Positions 1 to 8,224 of a stretch of DNA of 64,000 nt are shown one piece after another (position 1 is the stretch's first letter; each line of letters opens with the position of its first letter). Under the pieces are notes generated by a model. The model was not told where the DNA came from, made no database searches, and saw only the letters and a list, made by a program, of their open reading frames with translations. The DNA comes from Verrucomicrobiia bacterium (GTDB lineage: Bacteria > Verrucomicrobiota > Verrucomicrobiia > Limisphaerales > UBA11358), in NCBI GenBank assembly GCA_036502245.1, contig DASXYX010000028.1, positions 96,637 through 160,636 on the forward strand, in the 5' to 3' direction. A program made the position numbers and the translations under genes.

Positions 1-375
1 GCCCACAAGGCAGTCCGCCGTCCTTCCAGGACGGAATCATTTTTTGGGCATTACCAGCCACGTTGTGGCTGGCTACATTCCGGTCGTCGCTTCGCGACTC
101 ACGGCGCGCAACGGAGTGCGTCCAAGAGACTAACAGGAGATAACGGAGGGGAACATTCAACATTCAACGCCCAACGTCGAAGGGTGAGAAGTCCCGCCCA
201 CAGTCCACAGTCATTAATCAGGGACTCGTGGAACTCGTCCCTCCGAGAAAAGCGGCGCGCAACGGACCAGCCTTCGCCAAGGCTACGGCGCGGCAGGCGC
301 TCGCCCCACCAAACAGCAAGTCCCGAGTCCACAGTCCACGGTCATTAATCAGGGCTCGACGGAGTCTCGCCCCAC
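1..375. repeat. Mosaic of short REP-like hairpins and direct repeats in intergenic DNA
   Basis: Hairpins CCGTCCT-TCC-AGGACGG (18-34) and CCAGCCAC-GTT-GTGGCTGG (54-72). A ~40-bp direct repeat at 189-228 / 318-358 (..CACAGTCCACRGTCATTAATCAGGG..). GGGACTCG..CTCGTCCC unit at 221-241 recurs at 19508 and 20113. AACATTCAACATTCAAC (152-168) is related to the 7-mer array at 31133. GGCTCGACGGAGTCTCGCC (353-371) is the inverse of 31061-31079. ORFs here are repeat-derived. Confidence 0.6.
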
Positions 376-449
376 CGCCATGTACTCATTTTTGATGACG
401 GGCAGGAAGTTTTTCATGGTTGTTTGTAGAATTGTCCATGTAATTAAAA

Positions 450-2831
450 TTGAAATATGCCGCGCCATTTCAGACCGTATACCATTCAAAGTTGCCATTA
501 CGCATGAAGAAGCAAGCTGTCGCCGCGACCCCGGCTTACAAGAATCGGAATCTGCCCGCTGAGAAGCGCGTTCGCGATCTGCTTTCCCGCATGTCCCTGG
601 AGGAAAAAGCCGCGCAGATGATGTGTGTGTGGCAGGAAAAAAGCGCCAAACTCCTCGATGCGGCAGGGAATTTCGACGCGGCAAAGGCGAAGGCCAGTTT
701 CAAGAAGGGCCACGGCATCGGGCAAGTCGGCAGGCCGAGCGACGCGGGCGCGCCGGCCACGGAACCGTGGCGCGGTAAAACGGCGCGCGGCATGGCCGAG
801 CTGACCAACGCCATCCAGAAATTTTTCATCGAACATTCGCGGCTGGGCATCCCGGTTTTTTTCCACGAGGAATGCCTGCACGGCCATGCGGCGCATGAGG
901 GCACGAGTTTTCCCCAGCCGATCGGCCTGGGCGCGACGTTCAATCCGGACCTGATCGAAAAATTATACACGATGACGGCGGAGGAGACGCGCACGCGCGG
1001 CGGGCACCAGGCGTTGACGCCGGTGGTGGACGTGGCGCGCGACCCGCGCTGGGGACGCGTAGAGGAAACCTACGGCGAAGACCCGTACCTGGTCTCGCGC
1101 CTGGGCATCGCGGCGGTCCGCGGCTTCCAGGGCGACGCGCAGTTCAAGAACAAGAACCGCGTGATCGCGACGTTGAAACATTTTGCGGCGCACGGCCAGC
1201 CGGAGTCGGGCATGAACTGCGCGCCGGTGAACGTGTCTGAGCGCGTCCTGCGCGAGACGTTCCTGTTCACCTTCAAGGAAGCCATCCAAAAAGCGGGCGC
1301 GATCAGCGTGATGGCGAGCTACAATGAGATCGACGGCGTGCCGTCCCATGCGAGCACGTGGCTTTTGCGCGACGTGCTGCGCAAGGAATGGGCGTTCAAA
1401 GGTTTCGTGGTCTCGGATTATTATTCCATCTGGGAGCTGAACAATCGCCCGGACACACACGGCCATTTTGTGGCGGCGGACAAAGCCGAAGCGTGTGCGC
1501 TCTCGGTGAAAGCAGGTGTGAATATCGAGTTCCCCGAGCCGGACTGCTACCTGCACCTCGTGGAACTGATCCGCAAGAAGGTACTGAAGGAATCGGAATT
1601 GGATGATCTGGTCGCGCCGATGTTGCTGTGGAAATTCAAGATGGGCCTGTTCGATGATCCGTACGTGGACCCGAACGTGGCGGCACGCGTCGTGGGCAGC
1701 GAGGCGAACCGCAAGTTGGCCCGCCAGGCCGCGCGCGAAACCATCACGCTCCTAAAAAACGACGGTAACCTCGCGCCGCTGGACCTGAATAAATTTAAGA
1801 CCATCGCCGTCGTCGGCCCGAATGCGAACCGCAGTTTGCTGGGCGGTTACAGCGGCGCGCCGAAGCATGACGTGACGGTGCTCGAAGGCATCAAGGCCCG
1901 GGTGGGCAATCGCGCCAAAGTCGTTTACAGCGAGGGCTGCAAGATCACCAGGGCCGGTTCGTGGCAGCAGGACGAAGTCCTGGCGAGCGATCCCGTGGAG
2001 GACCGCAAGCAGATCGCCGAAGCGTTTGAAGTGGCCCACGATGCGGATGTCATCGTCATGGCCATCGGCGGCAACGAGCAGACGTCGCGCGAGGCGTGGA
2101 ACCTGAAGCACATGGGCGACCGCACGAGCCTGGACCTGATCGGGCGGCAGGATGAATTGGTGGCGGCGATGCTGGCGACCGGCAAACCGGTGGTCGTGCT
2201 GCTGTTCAACGGGCGTCCGCTCTCCATCAACGAGGTCGCCAAGAATGTCCCGACGATTTTCGAATGCTGGTACCTGGGCCAGGAATGCGGCCATGCGGTG
2301 GCGGACGTGTTGTTCGGCGATTTCAATCCGGGCGGCAAGCTCCCTATCACCATCCCCCGCTCCGCCGGGCATCTGCCGGCGTTCTACAATTACAAGCCGT
2401 CGGCGCGGCGCGGTTATCTGTTCGCGGATGTCACGCCGTTGTTCCCCTTCGGCTACGGCTTGAGCTACACGACTTTCAATCTCAAAAATGTTCGGCTGAA
2501 AAATAAAAAGATCCGCGCGAACGGTTCCACGCAGGCGCTGGTGGAGGTCACGAACACCGGCAAACGCGCAGGCACCGAGACCGTGCAGATGTATATCCGC
2601 GACCTGGCCAGTTCGGTGACGCGGCCGATCAAGGAATTGAAAGGGTTTGCGAAGATCGAATTGCGGCCGGGCGAGACCAAAACCGTGGCGCTGGACATCA
2701 CGCCCGAATCGCTCGCGTTCTACGACATCAATATGAAGTACGTCGTGGAGCCAGGCGGGTTCGAGATCATGGTGGGCAATTCGTCGCGCGATGAAGATTT
2801 GCAGAAAGTCGTTTTGACCGTCACCCAATAA
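450..2831 (+). CDS. Glycoside hydrolase family 3 beta-glucosidase/beta-xylosidase (BglX-like)
   Basis: 793-aa ORF (alternative start ATG 504). GH3 hallmarks: SLEEKAAQM, KHFAAHG, GFVVSDY nucleophile region, C-terminal Fn3-like beta-sandwich. First gene of a co-directional sugar operon. Confidence 0.93.
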   Translation: MKYAAPFQTVYHSKLPLRMKKQAVAATPAYKNRNLPAEKRVRDLLSRMSLEEKAAQMMCVWQEKSAKLLDAAGNFDAAKAKASFKKGHGIGQVGRPSDAGAPATEPWRGKTARGMAELTNAIQKFFIEHSRLGIPVFFHEECLHGHAAHEGTSFPQPIGLGATFNPDLIEKLYTMTAEETRTRGGHQALTPVVDVARDPRWGRVEETYGEDPYLVSRLGIAAVRGFQGDAQFKNKNRVIATLKHFAAHGQPESGMNCAPVNVSERVLRETFLFTFKEAIQKAGAISVMASYNEIDGVPSHASTWLLRDVLRKEWAFKGFVVSDYYSIWELNNRPDTHGHFVAADKAEACALSVKAGVNIEFPEPDCYLHLVELIRKKVLKESELDDLVAPMLLWKFKMGLFDDPYVDPNVAARVVGSEANRKLARQAARETITLLKNDGNLAPLDLNKFKTIAVVGPNANRSLLGGYSGAPKHDVTVLEGIKARVGNRAKVVYSEGCKITRAGSWQQDEVLASDPVEDRKQIAEAFEVAHDADVIVMAIGGNEQTSREAWNLKHMGDRTSLDLIGRQDELVAAMLATGKPVVVLLFNGRPLSINEVAKNVPTIFECWYLGQECGHAVADVLFGDFNPGGKLPITIPRSAGHLPAFYNYKPSARRGYLFADVTPLFPFGYGLSYTTFNLKNVRLKNKKIRANGSTQALVEVTNTGKRAGTETVQMYIRDLASSVTRPIKELKGFAKIELRPGETKTVALDITPESLAFYDINMKYVVEPGGFEIMVGNSSRDEDLQKVVLTVTQ

Positions 2832-2846
2832 CAACCCAAAAAACCT

Positions 2847-4373
2847 ATGGCTGCATCCAACGAGAAATTGTCGTTCATCGAAAAGGCCGGTTATAGCGCG
2901 GGCGATTCCGCCGCGAATTTCGTCTTCATGACGATGGTGCTGTTCCAGACGAATTTTTACACGGATGCGATGGGACTTTCGGCGAGTGCGGCGGCGGCGA
3001 TCCTGCTGTGGCCCCGGTTGTGGGACGCGGTGGCGGACCCGATTGTGGGCATCCTGGCCGACCGCACGAAATCGCGTTGGGGCCGGTTCCGTCCATGGGT
3101 CATTTTCACCGCGGTGCCGTGGTGCGTGGTGATGATTGCGGCGTACCACACGCCGCACGGCTTGAGCACGACCGCACTGATCGCGTACGCGGCCATCACG
3201 AACACGCTGCTCATGTCCATCTACTCGATGAACAACATGCCGTACGCGGCGCTGGGCGGCGTCATGACCGGCGACCTGAACGAGCGCGCAAAACTGAATT
3301 CGTACCGGTTCATCGCCGTGAACGTGGCGCAATTCATCGTCGGCGGGTTCACCCTGCCGCTGATCGCGAAATTTGCCGCCAGTCACGCGGCAGGCGGAAC
3401 CGTTGGAGTCGCGGACAGGCAATATGGCTGGCAGATGACGATGACGATTTGGGCGGCGTTGTGCCTCGTTTTGTTCGTGATCACTTTTTTCACGACCAAA
3501 GAACGCGTCAACCCCATCAACAAAGTGCAGTCCTCACCGCTCCAGGATTTCACCGACCTGCTTAAGAACAATCCCTGGAAGGTCATGTGGTGCTGGACGA
3601 TGGTGCATTTCGGCATTCTCGTGTTCCGCGGCGGCGCTCTTTACAATTATTATCATCACTACACGGACAAGAAGGCGATGTATGATTGGTTGAACAGCAT
3701 CGGCCTGGTCGCGCCGTCCGGCTCAGCGCCCGGCCATGGAATTCTGGAATTCCTCGGTTACATCGTCCACGGCGACCCATCCAATCTGGCAAACTCCAAC
3801 GTAGCGGACGTTTTCAACAGCATCATCAATATGATGGGCACTGGCATCACGATCTTCGTCATCCTCGGCTCAACGTCGCTGGCGAAACGGTTTGGCAAGA
3901 AAGCGGTTTCCACCACCTGCTTCGCGCTGTCGGCGGTCGGTTCGCTGGCCTATTCTTTTCTCGCGCCGACAAACGTGTGGGGCATGATCGGCGTCACGTT
4001 CTTCGTCTCCATCGCCTACGCGCCGTCGATCCCGCTGAACTGGGCCATCTTCGCCGACGTGGCGGATTATTCGGAATGGAAAGTGGGCCGCCGCTTCACC
4101 GGCATGGTGTTTGCCACGATCGGGTTCTCTTTGAAATCGGGACTGGCACTGGGTGGCGCTTCATTCCTTTGGATCATGTCCGGATGCTTCAATTACGATA
4201 CGAGCCTGCCGGATGCCCCATCAGCCATCAGGGGATACTGCGTGTGCAGCGGAATCATTGTGGGAATCCTGTTCGCCATTTGCACGGTGTTGCTGGCCAT
4301 TTATCCGTTGAACAAGCGACTCACTATCCAGATGGCCGATGAATTGGCCGAGCGCCGGAGAGCAGCAGCATAA
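2847..4373 (+). CDS. MFS transporter, glycoside-pentoside-hexuronide (GPH):cation symporter family (xyloside/oligosaccharide uptake)
   Basis: 508 aa, multi-TM. GYSAGD N-terminus and DRTKSRWGRFRPW loop are typical of MelB/YicJ/XynT-type symporters. Lies between GH3 and GH10. Confidence 0.88.
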   Translation: MAASNEKLSFIEKAGYSAGDSAANFVFMTMVLFQTNFYTDAMGLSASAAAAILLWPRLWDAVADPIVGILADRTKSRWGRFRPWVIFTAVPWCVVMIAAYHTPHGLSTTALIAYAAITNTLLMSIYSMNNMPYAALGGVMTGDLNERAKLNSYRFIAVNVAQFIVGGFTLPLIAKFAASHAAGGTVGVADRQYGWQMTMTIWAALCLVLFVITFFTTKERVNPINKVQSSPLQDFTDLLKNNPWKVMWCWTMVHFGILVFRGGALYNYYHHYTDKKAMYDWLNSIGLVAPSGSAPGHGILEFLGYIVHGDPSNLANSNVADVFNSIINMMGTGITIFVILGSTSLAKRFGKKAVSTTCFALSAVGSLAYSFLAPTNVWGMIGVTFFVSIAYAPSIPLNWAIFADVADYSEWKVGRRFTGMVFATIGFSLKSGLALGGASFLWIMSGCFNYDTSLPDAPSAIRGYCVCSGIIVGILFAICTVLLAIYPLNKRLTIQMADELAERRRAAA

Positions 4374-4375
4374 AT

Positions 4376-5497
4376 ATGAAACATCCATATATTATATTTG
4401 CGGTGGCAGCGGCGATGCTGGCCGGTTGCGCCACTCCCCCGCCCTGCAACAAAGCCACGACGCTCAAGGACGCTTTCAAAAACGATTTCATGGTCGGCGC
4501 GGCATTGAACGAATCTGAGTATGAAGGCACTGATACGAAGGCAGTGGCTATTGTGCAGCAACAGTACAATTCCATCAGCCCGGAGAATTGCCTGAAGTGG
4601 GAAAAAGTGCATCCGCAACCGGATAAATATGATTTCAGCGACGCGGACCAGTACGTGGCTTTTGGCGAGACGAACCACATGTTCATCATCGGGCACAATT
4701 TGATCTGGCATCAGCAGACGCCCGATTGGGTCTTCCAGGACGCGAACAGCAACGCCCTTTCCCGCGATGCGTTGATCGCCCGGATGCGCGACCATATATA
4801 TACCGTGGTGGGCCGTTATCAAGGCCGGATTGGCGGCTGGGACGTGGTGAACGAGGCGTTGAATGAAGATGGGTCATGGCGGACATCCAGGTGGGAGAAG
4901 ATCATTGGCGATGATTATATCACGCTGGCGTTCCGATTCGCGCACGAGGCCGATCCGAACGCGCAATTGTATTACAACGATTACTCGCTGGAGAACAAAC
5001 CGAAGCGCAAGGGCGCAATCGCTTTGATTAAGAAATTGCAAGCGGCGGGAGTTCCGATTTATGCTGTGGGTTTGCAAGGCCATTACAAGATGGATTGGCC
5101 GACAACCGGTCAATTGGATAAAACGATCAAACAATTTGCGGCCCTGGGCGTTAAAGTGAGCATTACTGAACTCGACGTGGATCTGTTGCCCCAGGCTCCG
5201 AACTCGCAAAGCGCGGAGGTGTCGAAGAATTACAAGTACCAGGCGAAGATGAATCCGTATGCCAATGGCCTGCCGGATGCGAAGCAGCGCGCGCTGGCGA
5301 AACGCTATGCGCAATTGTTCAAAGTGTTCGTGGCCGACAAGCAGGACATGGAACGTGTCACGTTTTGGGGCGTGACGGATTCGCAATCCTGGCTGAATAA
5401 CTGGCCGATTTCCGGGCGCAAATCGTATCCGCTCCTTTTCGGGCGCGATTATTTGCCCAAACCGGCCTTTGCGGCCGTCCTTAACACAGCTAACTGA
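4376..5497 (+). CDS. Endo-1,4-beta-xylanase, glycoside hydrolase family 10, lipoprotein
   Basis: Lipobox ..MLAGC. GH10 catalytic motifs WDVVNEA and ITELDV. Starts 3 nt after the transporter stop. Confidence 0.93.
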   Translation: MKHPYIIFAVAAAMLAGCATPPPCNKATTLKDAFKNDFMVGAALNESEYEGTDTKAVAIVQQQYNSISPENCLKWEKVHPQPDKYDFSDADQYVAFGETNHMFIIGHNLIWHQQTPDWVFQDANSNALSRDALIARMRDHIYTVVGRYQGRIGGWDVVNEALNEDGSWRTSRWEKIIGDDYITLAFRFAHEADPNAQLYYNDYSLENKPKRKGAIALIKKLQAAGVPIYAVGLQGHYKMDWPTTGQLDKTIKQFAALGVKVSITELDVDLLPQAPNSQSAEVSKNYKYQAKMNPYANGLPDAKQRALAKRYAQLFKVFVADKQDMERVTFWGVTDSQSWLNNWPISGRKSYPLLFGRDYLPKPAFAAVLNTAN

Positions 5498-5504
5498 AAC
5501 ATTT

Positions 5505-6542
5505 ATGAGTAAAAAAATTATCATCAAGAATAAAGCCGGCAAGAACGGCATCGGAGCCGGCGTCTGGAATCTGGGGGCGGGACGCGATCCGTTCGGCGGG
5601 CCGACGCGTGAAGAAATTCCCGTCCTGGACCGTATCGAATTGCTGGCTGGCGCAGGCATCACTTACATCGAAGCGCACGACGTGGAAATCTCCTCGCGCG
5701 ACGTTCCGAAGGCCAAAGTGTTGATGAAGAAATACGGCGTCAAGATGGGCATGTACACGCCGTCGTTCTTCGCCGATGCCATTTTCAAAGACGGCGCGAT
5801 GACCAGCAACGATCCTGCCGTGCGCAAGCTCGCGCTCGCGAACGCGTTGAAGGCAGTGGATGTGACCGTGGCCCTCGGCGCGGAAGTCATGGTGTTCTGG
5901 AACGGGCGCGAAGGTTTTGATTTCATGCTCGCCAAGAACGGGCAGGATTCGTTCCGCCGGATGGTCGAAGGCTTCACTGCGGTAGGCCAGTATGCGTTAC
6001 GAAAATACGGCAAGCGTTCGCCGAAATTCGCGATCGAGCCGAAACCGAACGAGCCGCGCGCCAATATGTATTTGGGCAACGTCGGCGAGGCTCTGTATCT
6101 CATCAGCCGCCTTGATCCCAGGGTGCAGCATCTGTTCGGCCTCAACCCGGAGACGGCGCACAGTCGCATGGCCGGTTTGGATTATTTGTGGGATGTCGAG
6201 TTGTGCCTGGAGGCCGGTAAGCTGTTCCATATCCATCTCAATTCGCAGGACACGACGCGATACGACCAGGATTTGCCGTTCGGTTATACGGAGCCGTTGA
6301 AAGATTTGGCGTTGTGCGTGGCGTTGCAGGACGCCAGGTGGCCGGGTATTTTGGCGTTCGACGTGAAAGCGCCGCGCACCGACCGGCAGGAGGACATTGC
6401 GGACATCTTGCACACGAGCGCATCGAACCTGGAGCGGCTCTGGAACCGGGCGTCGAAAGTGAACCGCAAAAAGATTCTTGAATTTCGCAAGACGGGGCGT
6501 TACACAGCTCTGGCCGGTTACCTGGCAGAATGTCTCTACTAA
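5505..6542 (+). CDS. xylA: Xylose isomerase, short class-I-like
   Basis: 346 aa from ATG 5505. Motifs GRDPFG, FAIEPKPNEP, NPETAH, RYDQDLPFG, FDVKAPR align to actinobacterial-type XylA. The ORF-track start at 5469 overlaps the GH10 end and is less likely. Confidence 0.85.
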   Translation: MSKKIIIKNKAGKNGIGAGVWNLGAGRDPFGGPTREEIPVLDRIELLAGAGITYIEAHDVEISSRDVPKAKVLMKKYGVKMGMYTPSFFADAIFKDGAMTSNDPAVRKLALANALKAVDVTVALGAEVMVFWNGREGFDFMLAKNGQDSFRRMVEGFTAVGQYALRKYGKRSPKFAIEPKPNEPRANMYLGNVGEALYLISRLDPRVQHLFGLNPETAHSRMAGLDYLWDVELCLEAGKLFHIHLNSQDTTRYDQDLPFGYTEPLKDLALCVALQDARWPGILAFDVKAPRTDRQEDIADILHTSASNLERLWNRASKVNRKKILEFRKTGRYTALAGYLAECLY

Positions 6543-6546
6543 AGCG

Positions 6547-8034
6547 ATGATCTATCTCGGAATTGACTGCGGCACGCAAGGAACCAAAACGGTGGCGCTC
6601 GACGGCGACACGGGCAAATTCATGGCCTCCGCGTCGCAGAGCTATGATGTCCTGCCCGGTTTGCCCGCCGGCAACATGGAGCAAAATCCCGCCACCTGGA
6701 CCGACGCGGTGGATGCCACCGTCAGCCAGGTCCTGGAAAAGCTCGGCCCGCGCCGCAAAGAAGTGCGGGCCATCGGCGTCTCCGGCCAGCAACACGGGTT
6801 CGTTCCGCTGGACAAAGAAGGCCAGGTCATTCGCCCGGCCAAATTGTGGTGCGACACCTCCACTGCCGAAGAATGCGACCTGATGCGCAAAAATTTCGGC
6901 GGCTCGGCTTTTTTCATCGATCGCGTCGGCATGGACATGCTGCCGGGATTTACCGCGCCGAAAATTTATTGGCTCAAACGGCATGAGCCGGACAATTTCA
7001 AGAAGCTCGCCACCGTCCTTCTGCCGCACGATTACCTGAATTATTACCTGACGGGTACGCCCCGGATGGAATACGGCGACGCTTCGGGCACGGCGCTGTT
7101 GAACGTCCACCTGCGCACGTGGGAACAAGGCATCCTGGAATTCATCGACCCGGCGTTGCCGGAGAAAATGCCCGCGCTCGAATCCTCGCGCAAGCCGGTC
7201 GGCACACTGAAAGCGGAACTGGCCAAACGCTGGAACCTGTCGCCTGACGTCATCATCAGCGCGGGTGGCGGCGACAACATGATGGGAGCGATCGGCACGG
7301 CGAATGTCATTCCCGGGCGGGTCACGGCCAGCATCGGCACGTCCGGCACCATTTACGCCTACAGCGATAAACCGGTCATCGATCCGTTCGGTGAGATCGC
7401 CGGTTTTTGTGATAGCACGGATGCATGGCTTCCCCTGCTCTGCACCATGAACGTGACCGTGGCCACTGAAGCCTTCCGAAATATGTTTGGATGGTCGGTC
7501 GCCCAATTGAATGAAGCCATCGCCGGCGCGCCGGCGGGCGCGGGAGGTCTTCTCTTTCTGCCGTACCTGAACGGCGAACGCACTCCCAATCTGCCGTACG
7601 CCACCGGCGTGTTGCACGGCATGACCACGCAAAATATGAAGCCGGCCCTGATGGCCCGCGCCATCATGGAAGGTGTCACGCTCGGCCTCGCTTACGGCCT
7701 GGACCGGATGCGCCAGCTCGGGATCGTCCCGAAGGAGATCCGGCTGACCGGCGGCGGCAGCAAGAGTGCTGTCTGGCGGCAGATGTGCGCCGATATTTTC
7801 AATTGCCGGGTCGTGACCCTGGCCGAGGCCGAAGGCGCCGCCCTTGGCGCGGCCATCCAGGCTTTTGCCGCCGTTGAAACCAAAAAATCCGTCACGGAAT
7901 TGGCCATCAATTGCGCCACTGTGAAAGCGGATGAAGCCGCCGAGCCGGATGCCCAACGCGCCCATGATTATCTCGTCGTGCGCAAAAAATACGTGGCGCT
8001 CACGCAGACCCTGGCGCGGTATAAATTCATTTAG
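6547..8034 (+). CDS. xylB: Xylulokinase (FGGY carbohydrate kinase)
   Basis: MIYLGIDCGTQGTK N-terminus, GGGDNMMGAIG, TGGGSKS. ATG 6547 lies 5 nt after the xylA stop. Confidence 0.92.
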   Translation: MIYLGIDCGTQGTKTVALDGDTGKFMASASQSYDVLPGLPAGNMEQNPATWTDAVDATVSQVLEKLGPRRKEVRAIGVSGQQHGFVPLDKEGQVIRPAKLWCDTSTAEECDLMRKNFGGSAFFIDRVGMDMLPGFTAPKIYWLKRHEPDNFKKLATVLLPHDYLNYYLTGTPRMEYGDASGTALLNVHLRTWEQGILEFIDPALPEKMPALESSRKPVGTLKAELAKRWNLSPDVIISAGGGDNMMGAIGTANVIPGRVTASIGTSGTIYAYSDKPVIDPFGEIAGFCDSTDAWLPLLCTMNVTVATEAFRNMFGWSVAQLNEAIAGAPAGAGGLLFLPYLNGERTPNLPYATGVLHGMTTQNMKPALMARAIMEGVTLGLAYGLDRMRQLGIVPKEIRLTGGGSKSAVWRQMCADIFNCRVVTLAEAEGAALGAAIQAFAAVETKKSVTELAINCATVKADEAAEPDAQRAHDYLVVRKKYVALTQTLARYKFI

Positions 8035-8112
8035 TGTTGGGTCACAGACATCTCTTTCCAGCGGCTGGCAACGGTGAGGTTTGCAAACACCGGCTGACAT
8101 CCGAACGCTGTT

Positions 8113-8148
8113 CCCTCTCCGTTCCCATTCTGATGGGAGGGGAGAGGG
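8113..8148 (+). repeat. GC-rich REP-like hairpin downstream of xylB (possible terminator)
   Basis: CCCTCTCCGTTCCCAT-TCTG-ATGGGAGGGGAGAGGG, 14 of 16 arm positions paired. No clean T-tract follows. Confidence 0.45.
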
Positions 8149-8224
8149 TTAGGGTGAGGTGAGGGCTTTGATTTTGGCTCATGGTAAAACGTTCGTTGAA
8201 ACAAGAGATTATCGAGAAATACTT

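Noticed and set aside
1752-3422. 556-aa minus-strand ORF overlapping the GH3 and GPH transporter genes
   Set aside because: It is an antisense shadow ORF typical of GC-rich DNA. The product is Arg/His/Asp/Gly-rich with no motifs, and it fully overlaps two plus-strand genes that have strong family signatures.
6238-8100. 620-aa minus-strand ORF opposite xylB
   Set aside because: Same reasoning. It has a low-complexity R/A/G-rich translation, and xylB on the plus strand has clear FGGY kinase motifs.
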